From the human T2T-CHM13v2.0 reference genome, Homo sapiens: a stretch of 64,000 nt of DNA. The position numbers and the translations under genes are program-made. The notes beneath the pieces are model-generated. The model ran no database searches and was not told the DNA's origin. It saw only the letters and a list, made by a program, of their open reading frames with translations. How positions within the stretch are numbered: the stretch's first letter is position 1; each line of letters opens with the position of its first letter. Shown piece by piece: positions 14,804-27,635 of the stretch. The stretch is from NCBI RefSeq assembly GCF_009914755.1, contig NC_060942.1; one strand, given 5' to 3'.

Positions 14804-15094
14804 GGCCTAGCACAGGGGCTCATGCCTGTAATTCCAATACTTTGGGAGAGCCAAGGTGGAAAGAGCACTTGAGCCCAGGAGTTCGAGGCCAGCCTGGACA
14901 TCACAGTGAGACCAGTCTGTACAAAAAATTTAAAAATTAGCCAGGCATGATGGTGCACACCTGTGGTCTCAGGTACTTTGGAGGCTGAGGTGGGAGGATT
15001 GCTTGAGCCAGGGCAGTTAAGGCTGGAGTGAGCTGTGACTGCACTACCGCACTCCACCCTGGGCAACAGAGTGAGACCCTGTCTCAAAAAAAAA
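14804..15094 (+). mobile_element. AluJ
   Basis: Diverged dimer with J diagnostics (gagcccaggag, gggaggattgcttgagcc); approximate TSD aagttattYatt. Confidence 0.92.
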
Positions 15095-15104
15095 GTTATT
15101 TATT

Positions 15105-15541
15105 CTAAAATTTTCACATCAAATATTTTATGTCTTCATTTATGTAATTCCCAGAACCTGTGAATATGTTACTTTACAATGCAAAAAGGACTTGGCAGAT
15201 GTGATTAAGTTCATTATGTTGAGATTGAGAGATGATTGTGGACTACCGAAGCAGGCCCAATGAAATCTCAAGGGTATTTACATGAGAAAGAAGGAGGCAG
15301 GAGAGAGGTGGCCTTGTGGAGAAGACTAGACCAGTCATTGCTGGCTTTGAAGACAGAAGGGGCCAGGAACCAAGGAGGACAGCTGGCAGCTGGAAGGGGC
15401 AGCCTGCAGAAAGAAGTCCAGCCCTTGACTTTAGCTCATTTCAGACTCCTGACCCATAGAACTGTAAGATAATACATTTGTATTGTCTTAAGCCGCCAAG
15501 TTTGCAGTAATTTATTACACCAGCAATAGGAAAGTAATACA
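15105..15541 (+). mobile_element. MLT1D/C-like MaLR LTR
   Basis: agaacctgtgaatatgttactttacaatgcaaaaaggacttggcagatgtgattaag; ends gcaataggaaagtaataca. Confidence 0.85.
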
Positions 15542-16187
15542 ATAAAGATTTATCAACACTTGATCTTAATTTCACCATTCTATCAACTCGAATAACTAAT
15601 TCAAGGTCATCCACATACCAGAAACACATAAATTTTTAAACAATTTGGGAGGTTGTGGTAGAGCAGATGGACCAGCCGCTGCTCCTACCAGCATTCCTGT
15701 GCTCACTCCCTGGTGGTGAAAAATGAGATGCAACATTCTAATTCATTAGGAACATTTAGAGTCCACCTGGATGGTCTCATGTGAGACCTAATAAGAAACT
15801 AAATGGTCCTTTGATGTGGTGAGATGGGAAACTCAAACACCAGGAGATGCCCATTACAGAGGCTTTTAATGAGCTGGAGTGGTGCCCGAAGATTGTGCTG
15901 TTCTAATTCTTAAACGTGTCATTTCTCCTAAAGTAGAGGTCGTTCAAATACATAGTTCCAAAATCCTCAGTCAAGACATTACCGAGGGATACAAGACAGC
16001 TAATGAGACGTTAGAGACCTTGCAATGGGGCTGAAGAAACCGAGAAGAATGAAAAGGTAAAGGGATGGTTTGCTGGGTCATGAATGTAGACACTGTCCAC
16101 CCCGTCCTCTGGGAAACCTGCAGCATCTGCTGAGCGTTACAGCTCTGAGGCACCTCCACTTGCTGTAGGAGCTAGGGAAGTTCAAAT

Positions 16188-17507
16188 GACAGCAATCCAG
16201 GGCCCCCTCATTCCTTAGTGGCGGGCACGTCACCCTGGGTGGGACAGCGATCTAGGGCCCCCCTCATTCCTCAGTGGGGAACATGTCACCCTGGTGGGAC
16301 AGCGATCCAAGGCCCTCTCATTCCTCAGTGGTAGGCACGTCACCCTGGGTGGGACAGCGATCCGGGGCTCCCTCATTCCTCAGTGGTGGGCACGTCACCC
16401 TGGACAGGACAGCAATCCAGGGCCCCTCATTCCTCAGTGTGGAGCACGTCACTCTGCGTGGGACAGCGATCCGAAGCCCCTCATTCCTCAGTGGGGAACA
16501 TGTCACCCTGGGTGGGACAGCGATCCAGGGCCCCCCTCATTCCTCAGTGGTGGGCATTTCACCCTGTGTGGGACAGCGATCCAGAGCCCCTCATTCCTCA
16601 GTGGGGAACATGTCACCCTGGGTGGGAGAGCGATCCAGGGCCCCTCATTCCTCAGTGGGGAACACGTCACTCTGGGTGGGACAGCGATCCATGACCCCCT
16701 CATTCCTCAGTGGGGAACATGTCACCCTGGGCGGGACAGCGATCCAGGGCCCCCTTCATTCCTCACTGGTGGGCACTTCACCCTGTGTGGGACAGCAATC
16801 CGGGGCCCCCTCATTCCTCAGTGGGGAACATGTCACCCTGGGTGGGACAGCGATCCGGGGCCCCCTCATTCCTCAGTGGAGAACATGTCACCCTGGGTAA
16901 GACAGCGATCCAAGGCCCCCTCATTCCTCAGTGTGGGGAAGATGTCACCCTGGGTGGGAGAGCGATCTGGGGCCCCCCTCATTCCTCAGCGGGGAACATG
17001 TCACCCTGGGTGGGACAGCAATCCAGGGCCCCCTCATTCCTCAGTGTGGGGAAGATGTCACCCTGGGCAGGACAGCAATCCGGGGCCCCCCTCATTCCTC
17101 AGTGTGGGGAAGATGTCACCCTGGGTGGGACAGCAATCCAGGGCCCCCTCATTCCTCAGTGTGGGGAAGATGTCACCCTGGGCGGGACAGCGATCCATGA
17201 CCCCCTCATTCCTCAGTGTGGGGAAGATGTCACCCTGGGCGGGACAGCGATCCGGGGCCCCCCTCATTCCTCAGCGGGGAACATGTCACCCTGGGTGGGA
17301 CAGCGATCCATGACCCCCTCATTCCTCAGTGTGGGGAAGATGTCACCCTGGGCAGGACAGCAATCCGGGGCCCCCCTCATTCCTCAGTGTGGGGAAGATG
17401 TCACCCTGGGTGGGACAGCAATCCAGGGCCCCCTCATTCCTCAATGTGGGGCACTTCACCCAGATCCGGGGCCCCCTCACTCCTCAGTATGGGGCATGCC
17501 ACCCTGG
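16188..17507. repeat. GC-rich minisatellite (VNTR), ~23 full units plus 1 partial, 54-58 bp each
   Basis: Consensus GACAGCGATCCAGGGCCCCCTCATTCCTCAGT(GT)GGGGAACATGTCACCCTGGGTGG repeated head-to-tail; counted by eye. Confidence 0.97.
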
Positions 17508-17609
17508 CTGGCTCTTCCTTCTGTCTTCCTTCTCTGTGTGCTTCACCAAACCTCCCTGATTTCATGGAGAGCTCAAAAGAGAATATTCTCTGGCAATAAA
17601 GATGGAAGT

Positions 17610-17700
17610 TAATGGTAATTAACTTACTCACATCTGCAAAGTCCTTTTTGCCCTATAAAATAATATGTTCACAAATTATGGAGATTAAATAAAATATTTA
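17610..17700 (-). mobile_element. MLT1 LTR 5' fragment
   Basis: taacttactcacatctgcaaagtcctttttgcc is the reverse complement of an MLT1 block also seen at ~15180. Confidence 0.6.
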
Positions 17701-19084
17701 ACCTGAAAATTTTAGAATATATCAATAATATCATGTTTTAAGAGAACGCCTTGATAATCAGTGCCAAGGTAAGGTCAAATCTAAAGGGGTGGGCCCCTTT
17801 CCTGCTGCATTTGCTGGGCTGGTTGACTGTGAGGGAAGGGACACATTTCTATGTACCCTAAGCTGCAGAACAGGAACGACTCTTGCAGCCCTGGTATTTA
17901 TACTTAAGATCTGTTTATTTGCATAGTGCTCTATGGTAGACTCGAATTTCTTATGGAAAACAATAAACACGAACACACACAAAAAACCCTTTAAGGCTGA
18001 CACTTTAAATCAAAACTGTTCACATGCACACATGTTCAACTTCATGTTTTAAATATTATTTTGAAAATGAAAACTTTCTAAACGTTTTTGTAAGGCTTCT
18101 TTGTTTCAATCACAATTTGCAAATCAACTGCACGTTAGTGAGAAATAGCTTGGGCAATCCTGGTGACATTCTCCCCTTTTCCTTGTTCTCCCTTTTCACC
18201 CTGGCCTCCTTCAGCCTCATTCTTCCTCCTTCTCCATTGCTCCTGTAGACCCAAACCAACAACAGCAGGACCTCTTATTAACCTCTGTTAATACCTCAAT
18301 TTAGCAAATGTAATGAGTACTGTGGGTAAGAGGGAAGGAAATGAGCCCTTTGACATTCACTCTCTTTGAAACTGTCATCCCACAGGGAAAGAAACAGGCC
18401 AAGAGTGGCCAGAGTATGTAAGAGAATGGGATGACTGTGGGCAGAATCACAGGAGAGACACAGAATGTGGCGGTAGAGACGGTCAGAGCGAAAAAACAGG
18501 CACAGAGCAAGGACACAAGGCAACATCCAGAGGCAGAAAGGAGGCTGGAGGGCACTGACAACACAGAGGAACCAAAACCCAGACAATTCCCTTCAGGGGC
18601 CCCAGAGAGAAAGTGAACCCCTAGGAACCCCCTGCAAAGGGTGGGTATGAGGGGGGTCGGGTTAAGCGGCTTAACAAAGAGGTGTGCCCGAGAAATGCAA
18701 TTAGTTCATCAAAAGTAAGTAACGAGTTACTCATTTAAACAAGTGATAACTCAAGGTAAAAAGAAAACAAATGCTGGGATTCTGAATACAATCCTAGAAA
18801 AGGCAAAACCAAAAATGCACAAAACAGGTACATGGTGTTGAAGAAATCATGTTTCATGATGAAAAACTCCATCAAATAAGGTAATGTTTTTTCACTGGAG
18901 GCAAATTCCTTCCCAGTTTTCATCCCCATACATGTGGATTTGATATATTTATTTAGATTTTTCTTCTTAATGCTCTTGTTGGAAAAACTCCATCCTTTTG
19001 TTATTTCCTTCTCCCCTAATAATTGCTTTCTGCAATTGTTTATTTCATTATTTACTTGGTCCTGCTGATGTTTAAACATGGACT

Positions 19085-19525
19085 TGGGAGAGACACTGAC
19101 AAGCTGAGGGAAGTTCAGAGGAGAGCACAGGATTGAAGGGTCAGGGTTAGAAACAGTCTCAGGTGGAAGAACCAGGTACACCAGCCTGGAGAAAACCCTC
19201 ATAAGAACGTGGTTCATGCATTCAAACATCTAAAAGAATTTCTAGGGACGAGGGATGAGACTTAACTTTGAGATTTTTCAAAGAACATAACTTGGACACG
19301 TTAATGAAGTCACAAAGATGTGTTTTTGACCTCTATGGTCAAAAATGTCTAATTGTTAAATGGATGGGTTGCCCTGGAAGTCCAACTGCTTCTTACATTA
19401 CTGGAAGTGTTTTAGCAGAAATTAAGTGATATCTTATTAATGGTAATGTAGAAAACTTAAGCATTAAGAAGAGAGTTCTTCAAGACGTAACCTCTAATGT
19501 CCCTTACAATTCTGAAAATCCATGG
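19085..19525 (+). mobile_element. L3/CR1 LINE 3' region
   Basis: Encodes DTDKLREVQRRA (CR1 D.DKLERVQRRA motif); ends cctctaatgtcccttacaattctgaaaatccatg like a CR1 3' tail. Confidence 0.75.
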
Positions 19526-20022
19526 GTTTTTTAATACTCTAAATAACCACAAATGACTTGCACCATAAAACATTTCATTACAATAAACACAATCTTTATG
19601 AAAGCATGAATGCCTTTTTTTTTTGAGATGCAGTTTTGCTTTTTTTTTTTTTACTGGGTATGTATAATATAATTTCTAACATAATATGTGCAGGTAATAT
19701 CTATTTCAATCATTCCAGGGATGGAAATCAAGCTATAAAATTTCATACCCATTTATTTTCTCAGAGTTTATGGGTGTTGTACTGCAGAATGGTTCTTCTG
19801 TATAAAAGAAATCGTATGCCAAAAACAGGCATGCTCTTCCCTCTGCCTGGAACATTCTTCCTCAGGGTCTCCGCATTGATAGACTATTTTAATCCTCAGA
19901 TGGAGACCTCTTCTTTTGAGCTCAGATTCATATCTTGATCTAAGTGCTTAGGCATTGTATTAGTTTCTTACGGCTGCTCTAACAATGTACTACAAACTGA
20001 GTGGCTTAAAACAACAGAAATG

Positions 20023-20153
20023 ACTTCTAATCCCAGTGCATTGGGAGGTTAAGGTGGGAGGATAGCTTGAGCTCAGAAGTTCCAGGCCAGCCTGAGCAAC
20101 ACAGTGAGACCCTGTCTCTATTAAGTAATAATAATAATAATAACCAAACAAAT
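20023..20153 (+). mobile_element. 5'-truncated FLAM Alu monomer
   Basis: Alu left arm with (TAA)n tail; TSD aaaacaacagaaatg / aaaaaacagaaatg. Confidence 0.85.
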
Positions 20154-20348
20154 AAAAAACAGAAATGTATTGCCTCACTGTTCTGGTGGCTAAAAGTCTG
20201 CAATTAAGGTGTCAGCAGGGCCCTGCTCCCCGAGAAGGCTTTAGTGTAGAATTGTTCCCTGCCCCTTCCAGCTTTGGGTAGTGGCCGGTCATCCACAGTG
20301 GTCCTTGCTTGCAGCTGCATTACTCCGGTTCCTGCCTCAGTCATCGCA

Positions 20349-20400
20349 TGGTGGTGGTGGTGGTGGTGGTGGTGGTGGTGTGTGTGTGTGTGTGTGTGTG
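20349..20400. repeat. Compound (TGG)10(TG)11 microsatellite
   Basis: Visible directly. Confidence 0.95.
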
Positions 20401-20537
20401 TTCTCTCTTCTTAAGACACAGGCATATTGAATTAATGGCCCACACTACTCCTTTTCTTAACTTGATTGCACCTGCAAAGACCATATTTCCAAATAAGGTC
20501 ACATTCTGAGATCCTGGGGGTTAGGACTCCCAACATG

Positions 20538-20539
<2 letters not shown>

Positions 20540-20599
<60 letters not shown>
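20540..20599. repeat. Perfect (GT)30 microsatellite
   Basis: Visible directly. Confidence 0.97.
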
Positions 20600-20600
<1 letters not shown>

Positions 20601-20989
20601 GAAATAAAGGAAGAACATGAGCTTGGATCAGACTTAACATATGATTCCTGATCTGTTGGCAGGAAGATTAATCAGAGTTTGACGTAATTGTGGTGTCTCA
20701 TTTATGGCCAAATTGTGAATCCCGCTGAAGAATCGCCAGCAGCCACTGAACGGTGGGTGACACTACTGTGAACACACATGTATGCCTGGTGGGACAGCTT
20801 GCTCCTAATAAAGATATTTCTATTTTGTCTTGTCCATTTAATCTGACATCTATGATTAGGCAGAAGATGCATTATTGAGACAAGGAACAGAAATGATGTC
20901 TCCTTCCTTTTGGAACCCCATGAAGAGATCTCATTTTATTTTAAGGATGAGTGGATATGTGAGTCCACTCATACCCACATATCTTTTTG

Positions 20990-22156
20990 AGGTATACAAT
21001 TCTACCCATAACAGATATCTCAACCACAACATGTCTAAAATGAATCTCTTAATTCTATCCCAAAACACTTCTTCACCTATTTTTCTCCACTTCAGTAAAT
21101 GTCACCACAATCCATCACAGGTGTTTCGTGAGTGTGTGTGTGAGATCAACCCCAAAATTCAGGACGGAGCCTTGATTTTTTGTGCCCTTCATAGTCCACA
21201 TCCAAGCCACCAGCAAACCCTGCTGGTTCTTACCTCCACGATGTAACTTACATCCAATCCAGCCCTTCTCCACTTTCCACTGATGTCTCCATTGACGTAG
21301 GTCCAAGGCTACCCCAATTCTACCTTGCACCACAGAAGGCAGCAGCCTTCTAAGGGTCCTCCCTGTTACTTTTCCTTCCTGATCATGAACTTTTCATATG
21401 GGAACCAGAGAGATCTTTTAAAGACATATGTCTTGTCACCTAATCCGCTACTTAAAATGCTTTAGGGCTTCTCCTAGACTGGAAAATAAAATCCTTTATG
21501 GTGTCTGCCAAGGCCCAGGCTGCCTACCTTTCCAACCTGGATATCAGTTCATCCCCTACCATTCACACTGGCATCCTTTTGGATCACTGGAACAGGTAAC
21601 TCTTTCCTCTCATCTGGGAGCTTTTGTACTTTCTGGTGTGGTAAACTCATCTCCAATTCTCAGCATGACTGGCTGTTTTTCCCCCTTTATGTTTGCACTG
21701 AAGTGTCTCCTACTTAGAAAGGCCTTCCAGGACTCCTGCACGGAAGACAGTTTTCTAGTTTCTCTTGTGACCTATTGAATGGCCCCACTCTGGGCCCCCT
21801 TGTTGCAGTGTTTTATATTGATGCTCTTGTCATCCTCAGGCTGGACAGAGTGCACTTACCCCCCTACCCCAACACACAAGGGAGCAATAAAGGCTGATTT
21901 TTGTATGCCACTGAGATACTGTGATTGTGTGTTACAAAGCAGAAGGCAACTGATATACTCTATCTCATCATCTTGTTTGTTTTCTTAATAGTACTAATGA
22001 CAATCTGTAATGAAATTATTGAATTGATTGTTTATTAGCTCTCACTACAGAATAACTCCATGGAGACAAGAGGCATATCAGCACCTTGTCTGTCTCCAGT
22101 ACTGGAGGCTGTGCCGAGCACATGTACAATAAGTGTTTGTGTAATGAGTGCATGAA
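20990..22156 (+). mobile_element. L2 (L2a-like) 3' portion
   Basis: catctcaa...aacatgtctaaaatgaatctc, cagcaaaccctgctggttc, ccagagagatcttttaaa; ends aataagtgtttgtgtaatgagtgcatgaa. Confidence 0.75.
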
Positions 22157-24544
22157 CTCTCTTGGGGATGATTTTATCTATTCTTCTGACCCAATAAATC
22201 TTCTCTTTAAAAAAATTGTATATGAATTAAATTAGAAACTTAAGCTTCAATTTTCTAATTTTAAAAGTTTGGGATCTGGGGAGCGATTTTTAAAAAAATA
22301 GTCACACAATTCTTTCCTCAGCAAGAAAAGGCAACACAGAAGAGACCACTTTTAAAAGATGAGATTGTGACTTTTAATTATGTTTTATGCAATTCCATAG
22401 TTTGTAATACTTGACCTCAGCCCTTGTCTGTCTGATGGGGTCCATTAACATCTCAGAATCACTATCCTAGCTCAAAGCCTCTGATGCTCTTGCTGATTCC
22501 ACAGTCTTCACCAAATGACTTCCTGCAATAACTTTTCTGCTTGCTTATACTGAATTGGCACCTGGGGTACAATTACTTCCTGTCATTAGTTCAAGGCAAA
22601 ATGCAAAATTAGGTACTTCTGATTTGCACATTTGCAGACTAGTTGTTTTTCTGTCAATACCTGGCACTGATGGACTTTTACTGATGTATTTTTCTAGAAA
22701 AATAAACACTCACAGCTCTTGGGGCTGTGGACAAGATCATAGCAGCCAACTACTGTCTAAACTCCCCAGTAATTGCAGAGTAGTGTTCTGAAAATATGAA
22801 AATTACATGCCACTAGCCTTTTGCCAACCACTAAATAGAAGTTAAGTGGAAGGGACAGGCAAAATGACACCTTCTATTTCACAAAGTGAGCTCTTTATTT
22901 TTAAACAATTAGCTGGTCTCACTAAGCTAATCCTTTGCTGAAACCTGAAGCCTGGCAGAGAGCTTTCGGAATACTTGACATTCGTTGTTTTATAAGAAAG
23001 TTACTGTTCTGCTACTGTGCTCTTTCATCTTTCACTTAAAGTTATTTCTTAATTATCTTCCAAACTGAAAAACTCAAGAAGTAAACAACCCCTCTCCCCC
23101 ATAAATCAAAGAAATATAGAAAGTGAAAGGTACAAAAAGCAGATGCAGCTTAAAAACTGTTCCACTGCCTTAAGTCGACATTCCTGCTCAGCAGAAAAGC
23201 ACTAACCCTCATGGAGTCACTGTAGGAAGTGACTTGTCTGGAGCTAGGAAGACGGATGCAAACTCCAGGGGCCTCACAGGCCTGGACTATGATTCTCTTC
23301 CGTTACATCATGAAAGAAACTCTAGTCATCTCCACCGGTTCTCCAAACCACACCATCTCAACCAGCTCAAAGTTACAACCTAACTCAACAGTGCTAGTCA
23401 CAGGTGTCAAGGAGACAGCTAATCTCCCTGGAAAGAACTCCCAAACCGGTTTTCCATGGACCCAAAGTCAGTGTGGTGTTCTTACTTCCTGTTTTCTAGT
23501 CTCCTCTATTCTGAAGAAAACATTTTCTTTTTCCTTCTACAAAAGCATCCCACTCTTGTATTCCATGCAACCTGCGTGTGTCTGAAACAATGTTTCCTTC
23601 TCTCCTCCTCCCCACTGCAAGGGCTCCATGAATGCTTTCTTGGTGGTAAGGATGCAAATTTGAGTTGAGTTTCTGAGCAGACTCTCCTGCTTCAGCCGCC
23701 AATGGCTTTTAGTCTCCTTGTGAATTCGTGAGGAGGAACACAGTCACCATCGTGAATGAAAACCACCAAGTGGGGTTCCTGGGGGACTTTGAGTCTCACG
23801 GATCTGGTGATCCAGCACACAGCTCGTGCTGTAACTGCACTGATGGAATGAATGAGAAAACCACGTCCCTCCCACCCATGCCTTCACAAGTTCATTCTAT
23901 TCAATGTATGAGTCTGAGCACCTGCAGTGTGTGTGAGGCATCATCTAGACGCTGGGGGACTGCAGATGCAAACCAGGAAAATGCCCAGCTCTGCTGCAGT
24001 TCCATTCTTCTCCATCTTGATGGCAGAGTCCAGATGCTGCCTTTTCTCAATGGCATCCCTTGGACTTCCCTTTCCTAGTTGTTCCTAAATCCCTGTGCCC
24101 CTTGCAGAGTCACCACGTGTGAAGGGGATTTGCAGGGGGGTCTCTCAAGAACAAACCCCAGGCATACATCTGTGTCTGTAATCTTCTACAGCTGCCAGAC
24201 CTGAAACACTTTGTAATCGATCTCTGCCTACTCTCACTCAAACAAACGGGCGCTGCCTAAAATAAGGACTACGAGAGGTGGGGGTATAGTGGATAGATGC
24301 TGCCAATGCCTCAGCCGGCATGCCATGGTCCCTAGAGGCTGCACCTTCTCATGCACACCCAGGTGCAGTGTCACAGCCCCCCTAACTGCGCAGGCCTGAC
24401 CTTTGGAGTGGGTATGACAGTAGCAGAGCCTGTAAGGAAATTGCTTAGTTCTTGTTCTGAGAAAAAAAAAGTGAACTCAAAATAATTTACACTTGGAGCA
24501 AAATCAATATAAGATCAAGGCAGTGCAGGAAGCATGCACCCAGT

Positions 24545-24891
24545 TATCAGCCTGCTGGGGGCATGGTAGCAAAGCACTGCAGACTGGGAGGCTTCAGAAA
24601 CAGACACTGATTGTCTCTGTTGTAAAGGCTAGAAGTCCACGATCAAGGTGCTGGCAGGATTGGTTTCTCCTGGGGCCTCTCTCCTTGGCTGGCAGATGGG
24701 CTCTCCTCTGGGTGCACACATCCTTGGTGTCTTCCTCCTCTTACAGGACCCCAGTGCTACTGGATTAGGGCTCTATGCTTATGGCTTCAGGTAACCTTAA
24801 TCACCTCTTTAAAGGCCCTGTCTCCAAATACAGTCACATTGTGGGATGTCAACATATGAATTTAAGGGGGACAGAATTCAGTTCGTAAAAA
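24545..24891 (-). mobile_element. MLT1A/B-like LTR
   Basis: aggctagaagtccacgatcaaggtgctggcaggattggtttctcc; cacctctttaaaggccctgtctccaaatacagtcacatt. Confidence 0.85.
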
Positions 24892-24936
24892 CTATAAAAT
24901 ACTATGACCTTACATGTGCATAGAACTCTAGGCTAT

Positions 24937-26361
24937 TTTGTCCAGAATTGGTGGGTTCTTGGTCTCACTGACTTCGAGAATGAAGTCGCGGACCCTCGAG
25001 GTGAGTGTTACAGTTCTTAAAGGCGGTGTGTCCGGAGTTTGTTCCTTCTGATGTTCGGATGTGTTCAGAGTTTCTTCCTTCTGGTGGGTTCGTGGTCTCG
25101 CTGGCTCAGGAGTGAAGCTGCGCACCTTCGCAGCGAGTGTTACAGTTCTTAAGGCGGGGAGTCTGGAGTTGTTCATTCCTCCCAGTGGGTTCGTGGTCTC
25201 GTTGGCTTCAGGAGTGAAGCTGCAGACCCTTCGCCGTGAGTGTTACAGCTCATAAAGTCAGTGTGGACCCAAAGACTGAGCAGCAGCAAGATTTACTGCA
25301 AAGAGTGAAAGAACAAAGCTTCCACACTGTGGAAGGGGACCCGACCCAGTTGCCACTGCTGGCTCGGGCAGCCTGCTTTTATTCTCTTATCTGGCCCCAC
25401 CCACATCCTGCTGATTGCTCCATTTTACAGAGAGCCGAGTGGTCTGTTTTGACAGGGTGCTGATTGGTGCATTTACAATCCCTGAGCTAGACACAAAGGT
25501 TCTCCACCTACCCACTAGATTAGCTAGATACAGAGGGTCCACACAAAGGTTCTCCAAGTCCCCACCAGAGTAGCTAGATACAGAGTGTGGATTGGTGCAT
25601 TCACAAACCCTGAGCTAGACACAGCGTGCTGATTGGTGTGTTTACAAACCTTGAGCTAGATATGGAGTGCCGATTGGTGTATTTACAATCCCTTAGCTAG
25701 ACATAAAGGTTCTCCAAGTCCCCACCAGAGTCAGGAGCCCAGCTGGCTTCACCCAGTGGATCCCGCACCGGGGCGGCAGGTGGAGCTGCCTGCCAGTCCC
25801 GTGCCGTGTGCCCACACTCCTCAGCCCTTGGGTGGTCCCTGTTCGGGCACTGTGGAGCAGGGGGCGGCGCTCGTCCGGGAGGCTAGGGCCGCACAGGAGC
25901 CCACGGAGTTGGGGGAGGCTCAGGCATGGTGGGCTGCAGGTCCCGAACCCTGCCCCGCTGGGAGGCAGCTAAGGCCCGGCGAGAATTCGAGCGCAGCGCC
26001 GGTGGGCCGGCACTGCTGGGGGACCCAGTACAGCCTCCGCAGCCGCTGGCCCGGGTGCTAAGCCCCTCATTGCCCGGGGCCGGCAGGACTGGCCGGCCGT
26101 TCTGAGTGCGGGGCCGCCGAGCCCACGCCCACCCGTAACTCCAGCTGGCCCGCAAGCCCCACGCGCAGCCCCAGTTCCCGCCTGCGCCTCTCCCTCCACA
26201 CCTCCCCGCAAGCTGAGGGAGCTGGCTCCGGCCTTGGCCAGCCCAGAAAGGGGCTCCCACAGTGCAGCGGTGAGCTGAAGGGCTCCTCAAGCGCGGCCTG
26301 AGTGGGCGCCAAGGCCGCAGAGGCACCGAAAGCGAGCGAGGGTGCACGCTGTCACCTCTCA
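24937..26361 (-). mobile_element. ERV9 solo LTR, LTR12C-like (~1425 bp)
   Basis: Minus strand starts TGAGAGGTGACAGCGTGC and ends AATTCTGGACAAA; tandem CCAAT-containing U3 repeats; CpG-rich; 4-bp near-TSD CTAT/CTAC. Confidence 0.96.
25377..25720 (-). promoter_or_regulatory. LTR12 U3 promoter/enhancer: CCAAT (NF-Y) boxes, GT/GC box, AATAAAA TATA-equivalent
   Basis: ATTGG at 25463, 25591, 25632, 25673; ccccacccac near 25395; ttttatt at 25377-25383. The role is established for the ERV9 LTR family; activity of this copy is not shown. Confidence 0.6.
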
Positions 26362-26428
26362 CTACGATAGTGCAAAGTACTGTTTGATTACAGAAATATC
26401 TGTACTTGGCTGAAAAAAAAATCAAGTA

Positions 26429-27102
<674 letters not shown>

Positions 27103-27234
27103 AAGGTTTTTTTTTTTTTTAAATAATATTTATAACATGTGATTTTGGCCTCCCAAGTTGAATGTAGTACATAGCCTGCATGAGATGGAAGCGCATTTTA
27201 CACGGAAGCATTTCTATAAGCGTCCTCTCTCTTG

Positions 27235-27470
27235 AGGGGTGGAGTGCACTGATTAGGAATGTAGGCTCTCAAGCCAAACTGCTTACATTCATCTCTGAGC
27301 CCCTTTACTTCAGAGTGATGAGCCTCAACACACTCTGCCCTGCTTCCTCATCCGGGAAATGGAGATGAAAATAACAATAGCCACTTCATTTGGGGTTACA
27401 ATTAAAATATATAACCCTCTGGAAACAGTGTCTTTTACAAAGTGAGTCATTCATATATGTTTCTTGTTAT
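27235..27470 (+). mobile_element. MIR
   Basis: Core cttcctcatccgggaaatggagatgaaaataacaatag. Confidence 0.75.
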
Positions 27471-27475
27471 TTTTG

Positions 27476-27635
27476 ATCCTCACAAATCTGATGATAGGTA
27501 AACGGGGCAGATAACCATATTTTTTGTTTGATGGGAAATGCTTAGTGTTTCCGTGAATTGCCTAGGGATGCAAAGCAAGTTCCTGGTGGGGACTGGGCCA
27601 GAATTCCAGCTTCCTGACTCCAAATGGTCTTCCCA
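27476..27635 (-). mobile_element. MIR (MIRc/MIR3-like)
   Basis: atcctcacaaa...gtgaattgcctagg...cttcctgactccaa. Confidence 0.6.

Larger units (their letters stand above)
19956..20537 (-). mobile_element. MLT1C-like LTR interrupted by a FLAM and microsatellites
   Basis: tgtattagtttctt...tggcttaaaacaacagaaat; ctgcaaagaccatatttccaaataaggtcacattctgag. Confidence 0.85.

Noticed and set aside
16188-17507. CRISPR-like array
   Set aside because: Units are wholly repeated with no unique spacers; eukaryotic context with no cas genes
16274-17612. Overlapping 208-, 339- and 300-aa ORFs
   Set aside because: By-products of a stop-poor VNTR unit; open in all frames with period-shifting peptides and no exon context
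18735-19229. 164-aa minus-strand ORF
   Set aside because: Partly antisense to L3; no recognisable domain
25756-26425. GC-rich ORFs or a gene CpG-island promoter
   Set aside because: Explained by LTR12 U3 sequence
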